Source: Rhizaria sp. SCN 62-66
Lineage: Eukaryota
Direction: 5' to 3'
Assembly (NCBI GenBank): GCA_001724265.1
Contig: MEDY01000080.1
Span: forward strand, 1-64,000
Length of the DNA: 64,000 nucleotides
The notes under the pieces: generated by a model
What the model saw: the letters and a program-made list of their open reading frames with translations, nothing else
What the model was told of the DNA's origin: nothing
The model's database searches: none
Part shown: piece by piece, positions 60,101 to 64,000 of the stretch
Position numbering within the stretch: position 1 is the first letter of the stretch
Layout of the letters: each line of letters starts with the position of its first letter
Translations under genes and position numbers: made by a program

Positions 60101-61729
60101 GGCGCTGGCGCTGGCACTCGAGGGGGTCAGGCCGTCGGCGCTGTAGGAGTGGGATAGGGCGCCCGACGCGGGGTCGAAGCCGTGGCCCTGGCCGTGCGTC
60201 TGGCCGTACAGCGCCGCGTCGTCCTGGCCCTGGTAGCCGCCAGCAGCCGCACTCGCGCTCCCGCCCGCAGCAGCGCCGTCAGTCTGCAAGTGCGCAGAGT
60301 GCGACTGCGACTGTGTGAGGAGGCCCAGCGCGGCCGCGGTGGCCGTCAGCGCGCGCGCCGCGGTGCCCGCCGCGGCGTTGGCCCCTGCCCAGATGTACGC
60401 GCTCACGGCGGCGGGTGCGTGGCGGATGAGGAAGCGGTGCAGCGCGATCTGGCGGCGCACCAGCGCGGGTACCAGCCTCACCAGCCCGCCCTCCGCGGCC
60501 GTGGCCGTGGGCGGGGGGCTCGCGCTGGCGTCGGATGACGCGGTGGCGGCGTCGGCGGCGGGAGCGGTGCCCGCGGCCGGGAGCGCCATGGTCGCGGCGG
60601 CGGCGGCGTGCGCGGGCGAGAGCATCAGCACTACACGCAGCCGCGGCGGCGCCTGGGGGCCGGACACGGCCGCCAGCGCGGCGGCCGCGGCGGCAGCGGC
60701 GGCAGCGGCCGCGGCGTCGGAGGAAGCGGCCGTGGCGCGTGCCCGCGCCTGCGCCTGCGCGCGCGCGAGCGCCCGGGCGGCGGCGACGCGCTCGCGGGCC
60801 TCGTCCAGTGACAGCCCCGACGCCTCGGCCTCCGCCTCAGCCTCAGCCTCGGCCTCAGCGGCCGACTCCTCTTCGGCCTCGGCCTCGGCTTCCGCTGCAG
60901 CCTCGGCGGCGGCCTCAGCGGCGGCCTCGGCGGCGGCGTCCGCGGCGGCGTCGAAAGCGGATGCGTACTCGACTGCGACGGCGGCCTCGAGCGCGGCGAC
61001 GTACCCCGCGGTCGAGAGGGCGTGCCGTGAAAGCGCGAGCGACAGCGGCCGCGGCCGCGACTGCTGGGCCGGAGACTGCGACTGCAGCTGATCGCGCGCA
61101 GCAGCAGCCGTTGCCGCCGTCGCCGCCGTTGCCGCAGAGCCAATGCCCGAGGTCATGACACCGGCCTCAGCCTCAGCGGCTTCGGCCTCCGCGGCGGCCT
61201 CGGCCTCGGCGGCGGCGAGCTGTTCATCGAGGAAGTCGCCCTCGACCTCCCCGTCGTGGTCGCCGAAACCGTCCGCATCGCCCTCCCCGTCGCCGTGGCC
61301 GTGGCCGTGGCCGTGGGCGCCGGAGAGAGAGAACGCGGCCAGCGGCAGCCCGGCACCCGCGCGCAGCAGCAGCAGCGCAGTCGCACTACCCACGCTCACC
61401 GGCGCAGACCCAGACCGAGACGCAGCGCCAGCGCCAGCGCCTACCGTCGCCGGGACACTGCTCGCGGTACCCGCCGTGTGCGCGGTGCGTGTAGCCAAGG
61501 GCGGGGCTGCTAGGCGCTGCGCCCAGTCCAGGTGCGGCGCCAGCGGGCCGACGCGCGCGACGGCGGGCAGCAGTAGCGAGAGGTACAGCGCGGCCGGCAG
61601 CAGCACCGTCGCCCATAGCGCCAGCAGCAGCAGCGGCGGCGACAGCGAGCCCGCGCGCCCGCATAGGCGGCGGCGACTGCCCGGCTGCGGCTGTACGGCG
61701 TTCACGCACAGTGCGGCGGGGGGCGGACA

Positions 61730-61771
<42 letters not shown>

Positions 61772-62066
61772 TTGAGCTTGAGCCTGTGACTGTGCCACGG
61801 GCGAAGCGCACGCGACGGAGACGGCGGCAGTGCCCGTCGAGCCCAATGAAACGCCGGACTTGGCTGTGGGCGTAGAGGGCACTCCCGGCGTCGCGGAGCC
61901 AGCCGCCGGCCCAGAGCCAGCGCCGGAGCCAGAGCCAGCGGAGGGGAGGTCCAGGGGCGCAGGCGCCGAGCCAGCGCCAGCGGCGGAGACAGTGCCAGCG
62001 TTGCTGTTGCGCACAGACGTGAGGCGCTTACCGCTGCCGCTGCCGCTGCTGTTGCTGTTGTTGTTC

Positions 62067-62098
<32 letters not shown>

Positions 62099-62818
62099 AG
62101 CGGGGGGCGTGGAGGGCTGTGAGGTCGCGCTGCCCTTCTTGGTGTTGCTGTTGTTGCGCTTACCGGCGTTCTGCTGAGCCTGCGCCTGAGCCTGGGCCTC
62201 AGCTGCAGCGGCAGCGGCGGCAGCAGCGTCGGCCGCGGCTTTAGCCTTAGCAGCAGCGGCTTCAGCAGCAGCCTCAGTCTCGGCCTCGGCAGCAGCCTTA
62301 GCGGCAGCGGCCTCCGCAGCAGCAGCAGCAGCAGCAGCAGCAGCGCCGTCATCGTTGCTCTCAGACGCCGCCTCGTCAGCACCAACCGCAGTCGCATCAC
62401 TGCGACCGTTCTGCTCCTGCTCCTGTTCGGCTTCACTGTCACTCACAGCGTCGTCATCGTCATCGTCATCGTCGTCATCGTCATCAACGCCGTCGTCGTC
62501 GTCGTCGTCGAGGTCGTCGCTCGACTCAGAGCCCTGCCGACTGCCACCGGCTTCGGCGCCGCCGCTGCCCCTGTTGCCGTTGCCGATGTCACCGCCGTCG
62601 TCGCTCTCGCTGTCGCTGGCCTGCAAGAACGTGTGGGTCATGCGGCCCCCCGCCCCGCCCATAGTAGCGCCCGCGCTCGCGCCACCGCGCCGATTGCGCA
62701 GCCCGCCGCCAGCCAGCACAGCCACCGGCGGCGCGCGCCGGCCGGGGGGCCCGCGGACCTCCTGCCAGGGCGCCTCGGCCGGCGGTGGCGTCGGCGTCGG
62801 CGACAGCACCGCCCCTCT

Positions 62819-62875
<57 letters not shown>

Positions 62876-64000
62876 TGCAGCCAGCGCGGGGGCCGGGGTG
62901 CCCGAGGCCGAGAGGGGCGGCAGCGGCGACGGCAGCCGCGTCGGGGCTGGGATCGTCGTCCCCGCCGTCGCCGTCGCGCCGCCCGCCGCTCTCGCGCTGT
63001 TCCCGGCCGCAGCGTTGGCGCCGGCGTTGGTCGAGTTGGTGCCCGCTCTGGCAGGGGCCTTGTTGGGGGACGTGGCCGACACCGTCGTGACCGTGTGCGC
63101 GCGCGCCAACTGCGCCGCAGCGGCACCGCTGTTCGCCTGCTGAGAGTGTGGTGACAGCTGAGACTGAGACTGAGACTGCGAGGGGCCGGCGTTCGCAGCG
63201 GCGGGGGCGCGGGCGCCGGCGACGGCAGAGACCGAGGCGGCCACGGTGGCGGCGGCAGTCAGCGCGGGCGTGTGGCTGCGGGAGGACGCGACGTCGCGCC
63301 GGTCCTTGCCGCTCACGTTGCTGTTGGCGATGTTGCCGTCTTTGCGCTCGCCCCCGCGCACTCGGTCGGCCGCAGTCGCAGCGCCAGCGCCGGGTGCGGG
63401 CGTGGTCGCGGTCGGGGGCGGGGGCCCCGCCGCCGCAGAGGAGGCGGCGGCCGCTGCGGTGGGTGCGGAGGCCTTGAGGCCGGGGTTGGTCCTGGTCCGC
63501 ACCGGCCGCCCTGCCGCGCCCGCAGCGGCCGCAGCAGAGTTCGCACCATTGCCAGCGCCGCTGTTGTTCGATGCGACCGCGGCGGCGATGACCGCGGCCG
63601 CGGTGGGCGCACCCGCCCGCACGGTCCCAGCGGCGGCGCCGGAGCCCGGGGCTGCGCCGGCGCCGGCGGCGGGCAGCGGGGGCGTGGGGGCGGCGGCGGG
63701 CGGGGGCGACAGTACGGCGCGCACGTAAGCCGGCAGCGCGCTGGGGTTAGCGTAGGCCGCCGGGGTGCCCGCAGGGCGCTTCACTGCGCCGCCACCTGCA
63801 CCGCCACCGCCACCTCCACCAGCAGCGGCGGCCGCGGCGGAGGCTACGGCGGCGGCCGCGGCGGCGGCCGCGGCAGCGGCGGTGCCGGGGCCCGGGGTGA
63901 TCGTGGTCACCGAGGCGCCCGAGGTCGTGTACACCGCCTTGGGCGGGTTCACTGGCGCAGCCGCGCCGCCCTGGCCGGAGCCGGCGGACGCACCGGGCGC
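57167..64000 (-). CDS. Very large (>2270 aa) Ala-rich low-complexity protein with several hydrophobic, putatively transmembrane segments; 5'-truncated by the window; function unknown
   Basis: The frame is open from the window edge to TAA 57169-57167. It contains poly-Ala, acidic and AQ tracts plus hydrophobic stretches such as LLLLALWATVLLPAALYLSLLL. The exact 3' end is uncertain because of a possible intron at 57170. Confidence 0.7.
61731..61784 (-). repeat. (GCTCAG)n hexamer repeat encoding an AQ dipeptide run
   Basis: About nine TGAGCC/TGAGCT units on the + strand. Confidence 0.9.
62825..62875 (-). repeat. (GCC)n trinucleotide repeat encoding poly-Ala
   Basis: Uninterrupted GCG/GGC run on the + strand; one of many poly-Ala runs in the window. 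Confidence 0.9.

Noticed and set aside
80-63728. Many long overlapping alternative-frame and antisense ORFs (e.g. 732..2297 -, 16902..18743 +, 40564..43671 -, 51802..53697 +)
   Set aside because: Expected shadows of very GC-rich coding DNA; the translations are R/P/A/G-rich with no motifs and overlap better-supported genes.
1-64000. tRNA (including a CUA-anticodon suppressor), rRNA, transposon, viral or CRISPR features
   Set aside because: I recognised no cloverleaf/T-loop pattern, transposase/RT/integrase motif, terminal repeats or repeat-spacer array by eye. A computational scan could still find small RNAs.

Overview
Gene-dense nuclear DNA from a microbial eukaryote: GC-rich, Ala-rich exons, short GT-AG introns (mostly 114-213 nt) and more AT-rich spacers. 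I model 15 protein-coding genes. Recognisable ones are a fused glutaminase/carbamoyl-phosphate synthetase, TMEM208/SND2, TAF9, AP-1 sigma, TMEM260, NDUFB8, a calmodulin-like protein, QTRT2, an F-box/LRR protein, a divergent cyclin and a ~5,000-aa sushi-REJ-GPS polycystin-1-like receptor. The rest are low-complexity or membrane proteins of unknown function. The main discovery is that four long genes are each split by a single in-frame TAG (2926, 8808, 22288, 34603) with coding-like sequence continuing in the same frame, and a fifth TAG (6748) is followed directly by TGA. All other modelled gene ends are TAA or TGA. This points to a variant nuclear genetic code in which UAG is sense while UAA and UGA stay stops, or to systematic UAG recoding. 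The amino acid cannot be fixed from this window; Gln is the best guess. Secondary signals are a GTNCGT splice-donor consensus (C at +4) and acceptor-like YAG sites just upstream of many start codons. I recognised no tRNA, rRNA, transposon or CRISPR array.
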